DNA from: Candidatus Poribacteria bacterium
GTDB taxonomy: Bacteria; Poribacteria; WGA-4E; WGA-3G
Direction of reading: 5' to 3'
Length of the DNA stretch: 64,000 nt
Assembly (NCBI GenBank): GCA_965214095.1
Contig: OZ243938.1
Location: forward strand, 896,001-960,000
Shown here: positions 29,004 to 40,111 of the stretch, piece by piece
Layout of the letters: each line of letters starts with the position of its first letter
Numbering within the stretch: the first letter of the stretch is position 1
Notes under the pieces: generated by a model
The model's database searches: none
Seen by the model: the letters and a program-made list of their open reading frames with translations, nothing else
Told to the model about the DNA's origin: nothing
Translations under genes and position numbers: made by a program

Positions 29004-29115
29004 CTATTAAATACGTCCTAAATATGATATATATTCCGTCGTATACGACATAAATTATAAACTAAATGTTAGTGTGTGTCAAATTAAAATGCGGAAAACA
29101 TAATGCTTGAGCAAA

Positions 29116-30852
29116 TTAATTGCTCCCAATCAAGCGTTGTGCCTTCATTTTTCTTTTACGTTTAGACTTATTCTTTGTGGGTTTTGTTCGTGTTTCTTTT
29201 GTTTTCTCAATCTGTTGCAGTTCCTTTTGTCTTTCATCATCTAACTTTTGCTGTTGTTCTGCTTCGTATTCTGCATAATTTCCGTTAAAAAAGTGTGTTT
29301 TCGTCCCCTCTTTTGTCACCTCAAAAATCAACATTTTGGTCGCTAGATTATTCAGCAAATAACGGTCATGTGAAATAACAAAAAGCGTTGCTGGGAACTG
29401 TGCCAGTGATTTCTCAAGTGCTTCACGAGCAGAAATATCAAGATGGTTTGTAGGTTCATCAAGCAGTAGGACATTAGCGTTTTCCAATAACAACTTCGCT
29501 AATTGGACGCGACTCTGCTCACCACCACTAAGATTGCCAATTCGTTTAAATACATCATCGCCAAAAAACAGAAACTTTGCTAAATAACTTCGCACCTCAA
29601 AAGGTGTTTTCTCTGGACAAAGTTCCCAGACTTCTTCAAGGATTTCGTTGTCTATGTTGAGACCTTCTAACTCTTGTGTGTAATATCCAAACTTCAGTGT
29701 TGGACCAACCCACATTTCGCCTTCGGTAGGTTTTTCCTGCCCCAAAATCATACGGAACAAGGTAGTTTTTCCAGTACCGTTCGGTCCAATTATCCCAACG
29801 ACATCCCCACGGTCTACCTCAAAATTTAGATCAGTAAATAAAACTTTATCCCCAAACTGTTTTCCAACATTATGACACCTTAATATATCGTTTCCACCGC
29901 GTGTATCCTGCGCAAAGTTGAGTGTAACTGTTGGAGCATCAGGTTTGGGTTCATCTATTTGTTCCAGTCGTTCTAATCTTTTACGTCTACCTTGAGCCTC
30001 ACGAGTTCGCTGTCCTGCTATATTCCGATCAATAAACTCCTGTTCTTGTGCTACAAACGCTTGTTGCATTTTAAACGCACGTGAATCAACCAACCGTTCA
30101 ACATTCTTTATTTCAAGATATTTAGAATAGTTACCACGATAGATGTTTATTTCCGAATCTACAAGTTCCCATACTTTCCTAACAACCTTATCTAAGAAAT
30201 ATCTGTCGTGAGAAACAACAAGCACCCCGCCTTTATACTCAGTATTGAGATAATTCTCTAACCACTCAATCCCATTTATATCAAGATGATTCGTCGGTTC
30301 ATCAAAGAGCAGTAAATCGGGTTCTTCAAGGAGGAGTTTTGCTAAGGTCGCTCTACTTTTTTGACCTCCACTCAGGACGTTAACCGGCAAATTGAAGTCT
30401 TGCTCGTGAAAACCTAATCCTCCGAGTACACGATTAATCCTGTGCTCATAGTCATATCCTCCCAGTCGTTCATGTTTTTCTTGAAGACGAGAATATTCTT
30501 GGAGGAGCTGCGGAGTTTCCTTAGACTCCATCTGCTCTGCAAGTATGAGCATTTTATCTTCTAAAGCAAGCCGGTCTTCAAAAACCTTGAGTATTTCCTG
30601 TCTTAAAGTGCATTCACGTTCTAACTCAGGTTCTTGACTTAGATATCCTATACGGATACCCTTACCTACAACGACATCGCCTTTAATGTCTGTGAGTAGA
30701 CCTGCAACTATTTTAAGTAACGTTGTTTTCCCAGATCCGTTACGGCCAATTAGTCCAATTCTGTCTCCTGGCGCGATTGCAACAGAAATTTCATCTAATA
30801 TTATGTCCGGGTCATAACGTTTTGTGACTTTATTTATTGTAACTAATGACAT
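29116..30852 (-). CDS. ABC-F family ATPase
   Basis: Two ABC domains (GRNGSGKT, LSGGQ, DEPTNHLD; GPNGTGKT, LSGGE), no TM segments; ATG 30852 chosen because the longer ORF starts inside a repeat. Confidence 0.93.
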   Translation of the reverse strand: MSLVTINKVTKRYDPDIILDEISVAIAPGDRIGLIGRNGSGKTTLLKIVAGLLTDIKGDVVVGKGIRIGYLSQEPELERECTLRQEILKVFEDRLALEDKMLILAEQMESKETPQLLQEYSRLQEKHERLGGYDYEHRINRVLGGLGFHEQDFNLPVNVLSGGQKSRATLAKLLLEEPDLLLFDEPTNHLDINGIEWLENYLNTEYKGGVLVVSHDRYFLDKVVRKVWELVDSEINIYRGNYSKYLEIKNVERLVDSRAFKMQQAFVAQEQEFIDRNIAGQRTREAQGRRKRLERLEQIDEPKPDAPTVTLNFAQDTRGGNDILRCHNVGKQFGDKVLFTDLNFEVDRGDVVGIIGPNGTGKTTLFRMILGQEKPTEGEMWVGPTLKFGYYTQELEGLNIDNEILEEVWELCPEKTPFEVRSYLAKFLFFGDDVFKRIGNLSGGEQSRVQLAKLLLENANVLLLDEPTNHLDISAREALEKSLAQFPATLFVISHDRYLLNNLATKMLIFEVTKEGTKTHFFNGNYAEYEAEQQQKLDDERQKELQQIEKTKETRTKPTKNKSKRKRKMKAQRLIGSN

Positions 30853-30870
30853 ATCTCTTTTGTTGTGTAT

Positions 30871-31010
30871 TTTAGTGAAATGTAAAAAATACGTGCATAC
30901 TCCCCGGTAGATGCGGTTAGGAAACCGCATCTATGAGACTGAACGAACACCGGTTCGGTTAGGAAACCGAACCTACCGTCGTGTGTAAATAATTATGGTT
31001 TTTTACTATA
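30871..31010. repeat. MITE (TAGTGAAATG...TTTACTATA) with two REP palindromes
   Basis: Homologous to 45949-46428 and 48329-49974. Confidence 0.8.
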
Positions 31011-31037
31011 ACTTATTATTGGATGCACTGATGACTG

Positions 31038-31964
31038 CTATAATCTAATTGATTGCCAATTGGCACTTCGTTTAATCATTTCAAAATACTTATCGGCACT
31101 GCTTTCATCAGGATAACGAATATTAAATTGTCGAAATCGCCAGAATGCAATACATAAAGCTGCATAATGAACATAACTATCTAAACAGCCCCATTCATCA
31201 TCGGTCAGTGGACGGTTTGTGTTGTAAACTTCTAAGAAAGCACGAACAGATGGAATATCCAATTGATGGTGTGTATTATAGCAACATCCAATGATTGTCA
31301 TAGCAACATCTATAAGCATTGTATCATAACACACTTCCTCAAAGTCAAGGATCGCAACCATTTTGTCCTTGTCAAATAGTGTGTTATCTAAAAATAGGTC
31401 TCCGTGTAGTAATCCTGTCGGTAGCGGTTTGTCCAATTCAGGTTGTATCCACTCAAGTTCTGACTTCAACCACATTACAAAAGGGTGTCCAGCAAACTCT
31501 GTATCTTTCACCTGTTTCAGAAATGGAGTAATCTCAGTTATACCCATTGGGAAACATGGTAGTTCTGGAAGCGGTGGAATAGCATGCAGAGTTGCTAACG
31601 CTTCTCCAATCTGGACTGAAACTTGTTCGGACGGTTGGGGAGTGCCTCCGTTTAGAAATGGATAAATCATAACATAGTAGTTATCAGAGATATAAAGTGC
31701 TTCGTCGTTTTTCTGCAAAATTGGGTATACAGTAGGATATGCATGTTTTTGCAGATGATCCAATAAACTTAGTTGTTTAAGAAGTTGGTCAAGGTTTTTC
31801 TCATCACATATTTTAAGGAGGTATACACCCTTTGTAGTAGATAACTTGAAGTTGCTGTTACCATATCCGCCAGGTATATCCTCAAACTTCACGGGTGTAC
31901 CAATCTCATAGTCCTTCAAAATCTTCGCGAGTGCTTCTGTGGTAAGGGTCGTATACTGTGGCAT
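31038..31964 (-). CDS. thrB: Homoserine kinase type II (APH-like)
   Basis: M..YT.L start, G..NSNF, LPTGLLHGDLFLDN, ILDFE. Confidence 0.85.
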   Translation of the reverse strand: MPQYTTLTTEALAKILKDYEIGTPVKFEDIPGGYGNSNFKLSTTKGVYLLKICDEKNLDQLLKQLSLLDHLQKHAYPTVYPILQKNDEALYISDNYYVMIYPFLNGGTPQPSEQVSVQIGEALATLHAIPPLPELPCFPMGITEITPFLKQVKDTEFAGHPFVMWLKSELEWIQPELDKPLPTGLLHGDLFLDNTLFDKDKMVAILDFEEVCYDTMLIDVAMTIIGCCYNTHHQLDIPSVRAFLEVYNTNRPLTDDEWGCLDSYVHYAALCIAFWRFRQFNIRYPDESSADKYFEMIKRSANWQSIRL

Positions 31965-31985
31965 GTTATGATATGTGCAGTGTGT

Positions 31986-32519
31986 TTATTCTGGTTCAGC
32001 TTCCTTGAACAATGCTTTAAAATCGGACAAGTCGCGAAAACTATCAAACGCTTCCTCCATTTGTGCGGCGGTTAGTGTAGATTTATCCACCCGAATTGAT
32101 TGACGAAGTGATAGAATTGATTTCTCAATAAAAATTAGTTTACCATCTGATCCTAATGCATTCTCAGCCTTCACTGCATAGGCTACTGCAAGGTTGTAGT
32201 ATGCTTTCGCAAAATCTGTATCCAGTTGTGTCGCGCGTTCCCATGCAATGATTGCTTTGTCAAGCTGCCCCAAATTCCCATAAACAGAACCAAGATTGTA
32301 ATGAGGAATTGCCCAACGTGGTTCATTTTCAATAGCTAATTTAAATTCTGTAATGGCTTGCAATAGGTCGCCTGCTTTCGCATATTCAAGACCCCAATTG
32401 TCATGCCTTCGAGCTACTTCATTTGGAACTGGAGTATCGGTGTTTTGTGAATATGGAATACTTTTAGGACCGCATCCGAATAGGAATAAAGCAAAGCTAA
32501 ACAATACTATATATCGCAT
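31986..32519 (-). CDS. TPR-repeat lipoprotein
   Basis: Lipobox LFGC, TPR motifs (HYNLG, YYNLA). Confidence 0.85.
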   Translation of the reverse strand: MRYIVLFSFALFLFGCGPKSIPYSQNTDTPVPNEVARRHDNWGLEYAKAGDLLQAITEFKLAIENEPRWAIPHYNLGSVYGNLGQLDKAIIAWERATQLDTDFAKAYYNLAVAYAVKAENALGSDGKLIFIEKSILSLRQSIRVDKSTLTAAQMEEAFDSFRDLSDFKALFKEAEPE

Positions 32520-32561
32520 ATCTCACCTCACATATCATACAATATGTTGTGTGGAAGACAT

Positions 32562-34946
32562 TTATTCTTCTGGGACTTCCCAAAGATAAATAGTTCCATC
32601 ATATAAACCTGTACTTGCGAGATAGTTACTATTCTTAGAAAACACCAGAACATTTATATTCCCTTTATGCCCTTTATACTTAGCAACATTTTTACCAGTC
32701 TTAGTATCCCAAACCTGAATGTTGCCACCCGTATCACCACTTGTGACATAATTGCCATCAGGAGAAAACGCTAATTTGCAAATAGCATACTTATGTCGTG
32801 TTTTGATGATTCTCACACGTTTCTGTGTATCAACGTCCCACATTTGGATGTCCTTATTGTCAATTCCAACTGCTAATGTTTCTCCGCTAAAATCAAACAT
32901 CAATGCGTTAGTTTGCATATCCATAAAACCTGTCAACACTTTTTCTATAAAGTTCTTAGTAACATTTAGTGTTGCCATACGTTCACCTGTGTCCGTATCC
33001 CACAAATATACTTCCTGCTCTTTGCCAAACAGATCTACAGTTGCTAATATACTACCATCAGGAATTAGTGCCATCGCTCCTCTTGCTGTTCTAAATACAT
33101 CATCTGTAAGGACACCTATTCGTTTTCGTGTACCAGTATTCCATATCTCAATCCCATTTTCTTTTCTATTCTTAGCAGCTACTACCTTAGAATTGGGGGA
33201 GATAGCATAGGTAGAATGAGTGATCCTTGTACCATCACCAAAACTAGATGATCCAACGGTAGCATCCAATCTGATCCTGGTAATATTTGAGGTTATCTGT
33301 TTCCCTTTGCTAACATCCCACTGAATTGTGGATCCAAATCCAATCGTCGTCAGTTTTTTATTATCTTTGGTAAATGTAATACCTTCAATATCAACATTTT
33401 CTGTTGATATTGTGTGCCGAAGTGTTCCACTATCTGTATCCCATAAGTGTATTCTTCCAGAACTCCCACTCACCAATGTCTTTCCATCATCACTAAATGC
33501 TAATGCATTGAATTTGTTAGTATAACCTGCGGTAAGTGTGTGCATCTGCATATCAGTTTTCGTATTCCATATTTCTACAGTCCCAATTTGATCTGCAGCA
33601 ATAAGAAGTGAACCGTCCTTGGAAAAGAGTCGGTTTTTAAGTAAGGTCATAACCTTATCGTCAATTGGATCAAGAGATGCTATTTCTTTCTGTTTCGCAA
33701 TATCCCAAACTGCATAGCTCCTTTCTATAAGGTCAGTCTTGGTTCTAAGATCATATTGTCCACTTCTGACCAAGACAAATGTTTTACCATCCTGTGAGAA
33801 CTTTACATCCGATATAGATTCAAATTGTGCTATTCCTTGGAAGTCACTTAGATCCCAAATATCACAATGTCCTCCACCTATACTTCTATCTCTCAAAATT
33901 GCAATAGTATTGCTATCACTTGAAAATACTACATCCACCCACCATGGGAGTGCAGCCAGCTGCTCACCTGTTTCTACATCCCATAACTCAGTGGGACCAC
34001 TGGTTCCTGACGCTCCATTCCATCTTGGGATCTTATAGCTGCTTTTACTTACAAGCAATTTACCTTCTGGTGAAAATTTCAACGAATCTATCCATTTCAT
34101 CGGTTGTTTATCTAATGTTGCATGGAATGAATTCTGTGGGTTCAAATTGTATTGTATAGGAAATGGTTTTCCATCATCTCTAAAGTTTGAAGGAATATGT
34201 TTCTGCATATTTTCATTTATCAATCCTGGTGGAATCGCTCTGATTACAATTGGTTCTTGTTTTTGACCTACCTTTAAAAAAGCATCTTCATTTGTTTGTG
34301 GCACAAGCGTTCGTATCAGTTTATGTGTACGTCCATCTTGGATACCAACGGTACCGTCATGATTTGCGATAGCATAAGTAACAGACCCCGTATCGTCAAC
34401 TACACTATCTATTGCCCGGTGCCAAACGTCCCATTTTATTCTAATTTTAGATGCTTTTGGCCCCGTTGTTTCCAACAGTTCTCCAGTAGAGATATCCCAA
34501 AACGAGAAGGCTGCTTTCCAATTCAGAATAACGAGTGATTTTTCATCTTCTAATAACTTCAATGATTTGAACGAGGAATCGTTGCAATTAAAGGTATTCA
34601 ATAGTTTCCTATTTTCCACATTCCAGACATAACATTTCTTCTCACCGGTGGTATGAACAAGTGTTGTTCCATCAGGTGAAAATGTGAGTAATCCATTTAA
34701 ATCATTGACTTTTCTTAGGATAACGTTTTCTTCTCCAGTGTTCACATCATAAATTCTTACGCCGGTAGAACTTGCAACTGCCAACTGAGTCCCATCGGGT
34801 GAAAGTTGCATATCGGTTATCGCACCTTTGCTAAGACGTGCTTTTGCACCTACAGGTAAATTCCATTGGATAGACTCTTGAGCATCACTGTTTGGTAAAT
34901 ATAGTATTGCTATGACAAGTATCGTCAAACATATTATGTTTCTCAT
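32562..34946 (-). CDS. Secreted WD40-repeat protein
   Basis: Signal peptide, WNLPVGAKARLSKG, many WD repeats. Confidence 0.9.
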   Translation of the reverse strand: MRNIICLTILVIAILYLPNSDAQESIQWNLPVGAKARLSKGAITDMQLSPDGTQLAVASSTGVRIYDVNTGEENVILRKVNDLNGLLTFSPDGTTLVHTTGEKKCYVWNVENRKLLNTFNCNDSSFKSLKLLEDEKSLVILNWKAAFSFWDISTGELLETTGPKASKIRIKWDVWHRAIDSVVDDTGSVTYAIANHDGTVGIQDGRTHKLIRTLVPQTNEDAFLKVGQKQEPIVIRAIPPGLINENMQKHIPSNFRDDGKPFPIQYNLNPQNSFHATLDKQPMKWIDSLKFSPEGKLLVSKSSYKIPRWNGASGTSGPTELWDVETGEQLAALPWWVDVVFSSDSNTIAILRDRSIGGGHCDIWDLSDFQGIAQFESISDVKFSQDGKTFVLVRSGQYDLRTKTDLIERSYAVWDIAKQKEIASLDPIDDKVMTLLKNRLFSKDGSLLIAADQIGTVEIWNTKTDMQMHTLTAGYTNKFNALAFSDDGKTLVSGSSGRIHLWDTDSGTLRHTISTENVDIEGITFTKDNKKLTTIGFGSTIQWDVSKGKQITSNITRIRLDATVGSSSFGDGTRITHSTYAISPNSKVVAAKNRKENGIEIWNTGTRKRIGVLTDDVFRTARGAMALIPDGSILATVDLFGKEQEVYLWDTDTGERMATLNVTKNFIEKVLTGFMDMQTNALMFDFSGETLAVGIDNKDIQMWDVDTQKRVRIIKTRHKYAICKLAFSPDGNYVTSGDTGGNIQVWDTKTGKNVAKYKGHKGNINVLVFSKNSNYLASTGLYDGTIYLWEVPEE

Positions 34947-35897
34947 TTAATTCCTCCGCCACCAACTCTTTTTGTCTTGATATGACTCAAGCAGCTTTGA
35001 AATAGTCTTGTCTTTTTTATCTATACTCAACACTGTTTTACACGCATCAATCACATGCTGTCTATCGCTATCATCATCGGTTTGTTGATAGGAGTAGTGA
35101 AAAACATGTGCCATCGCAGTGTAGTATGCAATGTGATCTATCTCTGATGGCACTTCAGTAGGGAGTTCTTTTAATGATTTCAATGCATCATTCCACGACT
35201 CAAGAGCTGCATAACAGATAATTTTCTGATATAACGGTGTGAGATTATCACTCTCCAACCAATATGCTTGGTCATAACATGTGATAGCATCTTGGTAGAC
35301 TTCATTGTCTACATGTAATTTCGCAAGTGTTGTATAGAATGCATACAAACCACTGTTCGCGATAGTGTATAGGTCTGTCCCTGTATTCACAAGCCAATCT
35401 CTTTCTATAAGATATTCAATAGCAGAATTACGCTCCTCTTCTATAATACTGATATCGGTGAGTAGATGTTTTGCTACGGCAGCATTCGGAAATATCTTCG
35501 TTCTACTTTTCATCAACGGATACGCTTGAACTGCTTTGTCCATGCCAATCAGTTTGATACCCGTAGCAATGCGAAACAGTGAGACAATTTGATCGCTGTT
35601 TTGACGGGACATCTGGTCGGCTATTTCCTCTCTATTTTCTGTGAAGTGTTGATTGAGCGATTCTATTGCATCTCGGACATCTGAATTATCAGGATTTAGT
35701 TGGTGTGCTTGAGATAAAAACCTTTGGGCTGCAAAGAGTTCTCTCCATTCACGATAGATGACTCCAAGTCGGAAGTTCGCATCAGCAAGTGTTAAGGTAT
35801 CATTCTCTGTTCTAATAACATTTTCGTAGTATTGAATTGCTTCTGCGATGTTTCCTTCAGATTCTAAACTCTTTGCTTGTTGGAAAAGATTTGACAT
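34947..35897 (-). CDS. TPR-repeat protein
   Basis: Helical repeats (ANFRLG.IY, AITCYDQA). Confidence 0.75.
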   Translation of the reverse strand: MSNLFQQAKSLESEGNIAEAIQYYENVIRTENDTLTLADANFRLGVIYREWRELFAAQRFLSQAHQLNPDNSDVRDAIESLNQHFTENREEIADQMSRQNSDQIVSLFRIATGIKLIGMDKAVQAYPLMKSRTKIFPNAAVAKHLLTDISIIEEERNSAIEYLIERDWLVNTGTDLYTIANSGLYAFYTTLAKLHVDNEVYQDAITCYDQAYWLESDNLTPLYQKIICYAALESWNDALKSLKELPTEVPSEIDHIAYYTAMAHVFHYSYQQTDDDSDRQHVIDACKTVLSIDKKDKTISKLLESYQDKKSWWRRN

Positions 35898-35949
35898 ATA
35901 AGTTATCTCAAATACAGTAAATGTGTTTAGTTCTCACAATTTACTGCCA

Positions 35950-36906
35950 TTATCTTCCTTGTATTAGTTTGATACACATAACTTCCAAGGTAATTGTCTT
36001 AACATTGGTTTTTTGAATCAATGACTTTGTTTGAAATACTGTCTTTATAGCGCGTTGGAGTCTGATGTGCGAATATCGGGGTGCAAGTGTTTGCAATCTA
36101 TCCATTGCATCAATGTGCGTGATCATTTCTTTCGGCGCACCTTGTTGTACCAGAAGTAGATCGCGATACCATGTGACTAACTCGTCTAAACTATCCAAAT
36201 CCTTTTCAAATTGTTCTGCTAAACGGAAGGCAGCAATTAGATCAGTTTCTTCTAATATCTCAGGCACTTCTTGGCTATCGCTAACACCTTTCTCAATGAG
36301 CGTTATTGCTTTCCCAACAATTCCGCGAGACAATATGGCAGCGTTAATTGCATCATCTTTATTTACTGAAAGATTGTCTACCAACGCATTGGCTAATTCT
36401 TCTGTCGGCATCGGGTGAAAAGTGAGTATCTGCGACCGAGAACGAATTGTAGGAAGGATAGCATTAATATTTTCTGTCAGTAGGATAATTGTTGATGCTG
36501 CAGGTGGTTCTTCAAGTGTTTTGAGAAGAGAATTGGCTGTATAAACATTCATCTTCTCAGTGTTCGCTATAATATAGATTTTCCGGGGACCTTCCAATGG
36601 TTGATATGAAATTTTCTGTTGCATTTCACGAATTTGGTCAATCTTGAGTTGTGCACCGTCGGGACGGATGATTTGAAGGTCTGGATGGTTACCGCTTTTT
36701 ATCTTACGACAAGCACGGCACTCCGCACAGGGGACAGATGCTTCTGCACTCTCACATAAAATAAGATTTGCGAAGAATAAAGCAACAGTCTCTTTACCAA
36801 CGCCTTGCTCACCTGCAAAAAGATATGCACCAGCAACTCTTTCTGAGTTCACTGCGTTCTGAAGTTGTGTAATGATGTTCTGGTGACCGATAATAGTGTT
36901 CTGCAT
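35950..36906 (-). CDS. holB: DNA polymerase III delta' subunit
   Basis: AYLF.G..GVGK, Cys4 Zn motif, HPD, NSLLKTLEEPP, TIRSR; next to tmk. Confidence 0.95.
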   Translation of the reverse strand: MQNTIIGHQNIITQLQNAVNSERVAGAYLFAGEQGVGKETVALFFANLILCESAEASVPCAECRACRKIKSGNHPDLQIIRPDGAQLKIDQIREMQQKISYQPLEGPRKIYIIANTEKMNVYTANSLLKTLEEPPAASTIILLTENINAILPTIRSRSQILTFHPMPTEELANALVDNLSVNKDDAINAAILSRGIVGKAITLIEKGVSDSQEVPEILEETDLIAAFRLAEQFEKDLDSLDELVTWYRDLLLVQQGAPKEMITHIDAMDRLQTLAPRYSHIRLQRAIKTVFQTKSLIQKTNVKTITLEVMCIKLIQGR

Positions 36907-37130
36907 TTTGATTGTGTTTGTAGATAGGATCTTATACCATTTCTAATAGAGAATATTTCACTGTGAGAGTATGAATTCCAACTTAAAATAGAGAATGTAA
37001 GAGGCGCAATGAATTGCGCGACTACGAACGGTTCCTTATCTTAAGGAGAAGTTATTTTTCAGAAATGGTATTATCTGCATTGTATTGAAATCAAATTCTT
37101 ATAATGAGTTTTTCTTTATTTGAAGGCGTA

Positions 37131-37760
37131 TTAATTTCTAACTAACAACTGAATTCTTTTTTCTGTTTTTGCTAAGAGGTAACTATGAATGGTATCTACA
37201 TCAAGTTGTGCATCTACTAATTTGACACGGTCTGGTTCCAATTTTGCAACTGCTAAATATCCTTCTCTTACTTTTTTGTGTAAGGATAATGTCTCATGTT
37301 CAAGTCGCGTAAGTGGTTCGTCAGAATCACGTTTGCGTTGCAGTCCTATCTCTGGTGGTAAATCGAGAAGAAATGTAATGTCAGGTTTTAATCCACCCGT
37401 TGCAATGTGGTTTACCTGTTCAATTATTTGAAGATCAATACCTTTTCGGTATCCTTGGTAAGCAATAGTCGCATCACTGAATCTATCACAGATGACAATT
37501 TGTCCTGCATTCAATGCGGGTAAAATAAGTTCAGAGACGTGCTGTGATCGTGCGGCAGCTATCAGCAACAGTTCAGTTGTAGCAGAGATTGTAGAGGCAG
37601 TTAAAAAGATGTCACGTACCTGTTCCGATACTGGCGTGCCACCCGGTTCGCGAGTAACTATCACATCATCTCCGAGGGCATCAGCTAATCGGTGTATCTG
37701 TGTAGTTTTCCCCGCACCCTCAACACCCTCTATTGTGATGAAAAGACCTTTATGTTTCAT
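37131..37760 (-). CDS. tmk: Thymidylate kinase
   Basis: FITIEGVEGAGKTTQ, TREPGG, CDRF, AYQG. Confidence 0.96.
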   Translation of the reverse strand: MKHKGLFITIEGVEGAGKTTQIHRLADALGDDVIVTREPGGTPVSEQVRDIFLTASTISATTELLLIAAARSQHVSELILPALNAGQIVICDRFSDATIAYQGYRKGIDLQIIEQVNHIATGGLKPDITFLLDLPPEIGLQRKRDSDEPLTRLEHETLSLHKKVREGYLAVAKLEPDRVKLVDAQLDVDTIHSYLLAKTEKRIQLLVRN

Positions 37761-37976
37761 TATATTAATAATATCACGTAGGACGTTATGTATCAAGTCA
37801 AATTCAGGTTATTACACCATTTCTATTTAAGAGCATATAAAGAAATAACTGATTCAATGTAAATGTCATAAGCACATTCACCAAACGTACTTCATTGCGT
37901 CTCGGACATTCACAACGACTAACAAAATCCTAATTCGACTTAAACTTTCAGAATTGGTATATCCCTGCCACACCAC

Positions 37977-38245
37977 GGGTGTGTAAAGTTCTTGGCAAAA
38001 CAGCAATTACTCAACGATTGAATACCTCTGCGTATGTCATGAATGTTTGCATTAATTGCATTAATTTCTATTATAATTTGGATTTATTTATGAAAAAACC
38101 TTCGCGAAAAAATAGAGTTAGCTTCAGTCATAATAAGAGATTATCAATGAGCTGGGTGTATTTCTGAGACTGAAAGAATGTGGGGCACGGAGACTCCGCA
38201 AGACAATGGTTGGTGAGAACTTAGTGCCAAAAACTTTACACACCA
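37977..38245. mobile_element. Non-autonomous IS derivative (269 bp) with a 9-bp target duplication
   Basis: Inverted ends gggtgtgtaaagttcttggca / tgccaaaaactttacacacca flanked by ccacaccac direct repeats (37968-37976, 38246-38254). Confidence 0.75.
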
Positions 38246-38332
38246 CCACACCACGAAAACACTTGATATTTTCTGAAATTGATGTTAAACTCTATCCTAA
38301 CCTACAGTTTTGAAAAATAAAGGAGCAATTAC

Positions 38333-38923
38333 ATGGACATAACATTCACATCAGCAATCACTGAAGTCATAGAAAAATTAGAAGTAGGCAACCCACTCCC
38401 ACCGCTTGTTCCAAAATCAGCATGGAATAGTGATTTAACAGACGAACTTTTGGCACTCTCACTTGAGGACCTTTTTAATGGAGAATCACTGAAAGACGAC
38501 ATCTTCGGTGGTGCGATCAAAAGTGGTCTGCTCCTCTGGAACGATGCGTTGGACGATTCACATAACATTTCACAGGAACTGAGTAACAATACAGGCAGTT
38601 ATTGGCATGGGATTATGCACCGTCGAGAACCGGATTATAGTAACGCGAAATATTGGTTCGGTAGAGTCGGCACACACCCTATTTATCCTAAACTCAGGGA
38701 ACGTGCACTTGCAATATCAAATGAAGTGCAAAATCCGTCAGATACACTTGCACAAATCACGCAAAAAATAGAGAACGAACCACATTGGGATGCTTATCAG
38801 TTTATTGATTGGTGTCAAGCTGCGGAAAACGATCCATCTTCAGATGCAACTCAATTTTTGCAACAGGTGCAGGCAGAAGAGATTAAATTATTGCTTGCAT
38901 ATTCGTATCAGAACGCTATCTAA
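38333..38923 (+). CDS. Conserved hypothetical protein (SH.ISQ / WHGIMHRREPDYSNAKYWF family)
   Basis: RBS AAGGAG, 196 aa, distinctive motif. Confidence 0.8.
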   Translation: MDITFTSAITEVIEKLEVGNPLPPLVPKSAWNSDLTDELLALSLEDLFNGESLKDDIFGGAIKSGLLLWNDALDDSHNISQELSNNTGSYWHGIMHRREPDYSNAKYWFGRVGTHPIYPKLRERALAISNEVQNPSDTLAQITQKIENEPHWDAYQFIDWCQAAENDPSSDATQFLQQVQAEEIKLLLAYSYQNAI

Positions 38924-38940
38924 TATTTGACATATCCTTT

Positions 38941-39963
38941 ATGTTCCTAAGGAGAAAAAGAATGAATTTAAGAGATAAGATTTTCACCCTGAACAATTTA
39001 AGTTTCATTTTAACTGTCATCACAAGTATTCTCATGATAAGTTCCTGTGTGCCGACTACGATGAACACCAGCGGCACGTCGAGAGTTCGACCGAGTGAGG
39101 CTTACGAAGAGATTAAACAACTCACAACAAAAGTAGAAACCATCAGCGATCCAACAGATGCTGAAATGTTGATTAAAAAGGCACAGAACTTTATTAATTT
39201 GCATGGAAAATATAAGCATGCAGATGAGGTGTACTATATTCTTGGTACCACTTTAGTACAATTTGATCGGACTACTGAAGGAATTGATGTATTAGAAGAA
39301 CTCATTCGTTATTATCCGCTTGCTTCTTATGTTGAACCGGGTTTATTGAACTTAGCGTTAGCGTATGATAAATTAAGCAGGCATGATGAGGCTGATGTAG
39401 TTTACGGAAAATTGATAAATAACTCAAAGTATAGAGACGGTAGACACGCACAAACCGCACAGAAATTGCTGCAAACAGACAAAGCAGATCGTAAAGGCGT
39501 GACTGAAGGTTTGTCTGTTACAAGCAATAGTTCACCTAATTTTGTTGGACAATTAGCAATGGATTTTGATGTGACAGATCTAAATGGACAACCGTTATCA
39601 TTAGCACAATTTCAAGGAAAAGTTGTACTTCTTGATTTCTGGGCAACGTGGTGTCCTCCCTGCAGAGCAGAAATGCCTAATGTGAAACGGACCTATGCAA
39701 AGTATAAAAACCAGAACTTTGAGATTATAGGCATTAGTTTAGATAGGGCAAAATCCTCTCTGGAATCTTATATAGCAAAAGAAGGGATTACGTGGCCGCA
39801 ATATTATGACAACGGTGACAGAATTTCTAATATGTATCAGGTGCGATCCATTCCATCTACATTCCTGATTGATGGTGAAGGGGTTATACGTATGACGAAT
39901 CTTCGTGGTAGTGCACTTGAGTCCGGGGTTGCACAACTTGTTCAGGAAAACAGGTCACGGTAA
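38941..39963 (+). CDS. TPR plus TlpA-like thiol-disulfide oxidoreductase, probable lipoprotein
   Basis: ISSC lipobox, TPR region, LLDFWATWCPPC. Confidence 0.9.
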   Translation: MFLRRKRMNLRDKIFTLNNLSFILTVITSILMISSCVPTTMNTSGTSRVRPSEAYEEIKQLTTKVETISDPTDAEMLIKKAQNFINLHGKYKHADEVYYILGTTLVQFDRTTEGIDVLEELIRYYPLASYVEPGLLNLALAYDKLSRHDEADVVYGKLINNSKYRDGRHAQTAQKLLQTDKADRKGVTEGLSVTSNSSPNFVGQLAMDFDVTDLNGQPLSLAQFQGKVVLLDFWATWCPPCRAEMPNVKRTYAKYKNQNFEIIGISLDRAKSSLESYIAKEGITWPQYYDNGDRISNMYQVRSIPSTFLIDGEGVIRMTNLRGSALESGVAQLVQENRSR

Positions 39964-40111
39964 ATAAACGTGAGTTTGATAAATCAAATTCTTGTATTCC
40001 ATCAAGATACGCGTTTGGTATTCTTAATTGGTAAGGAAACGGCATCTACAAGGCTTGTGGGTGTAAGTGTTTTTGGAAATTGAAGTTACAAGCCTTTGGT
40101 AATAAAGGAGT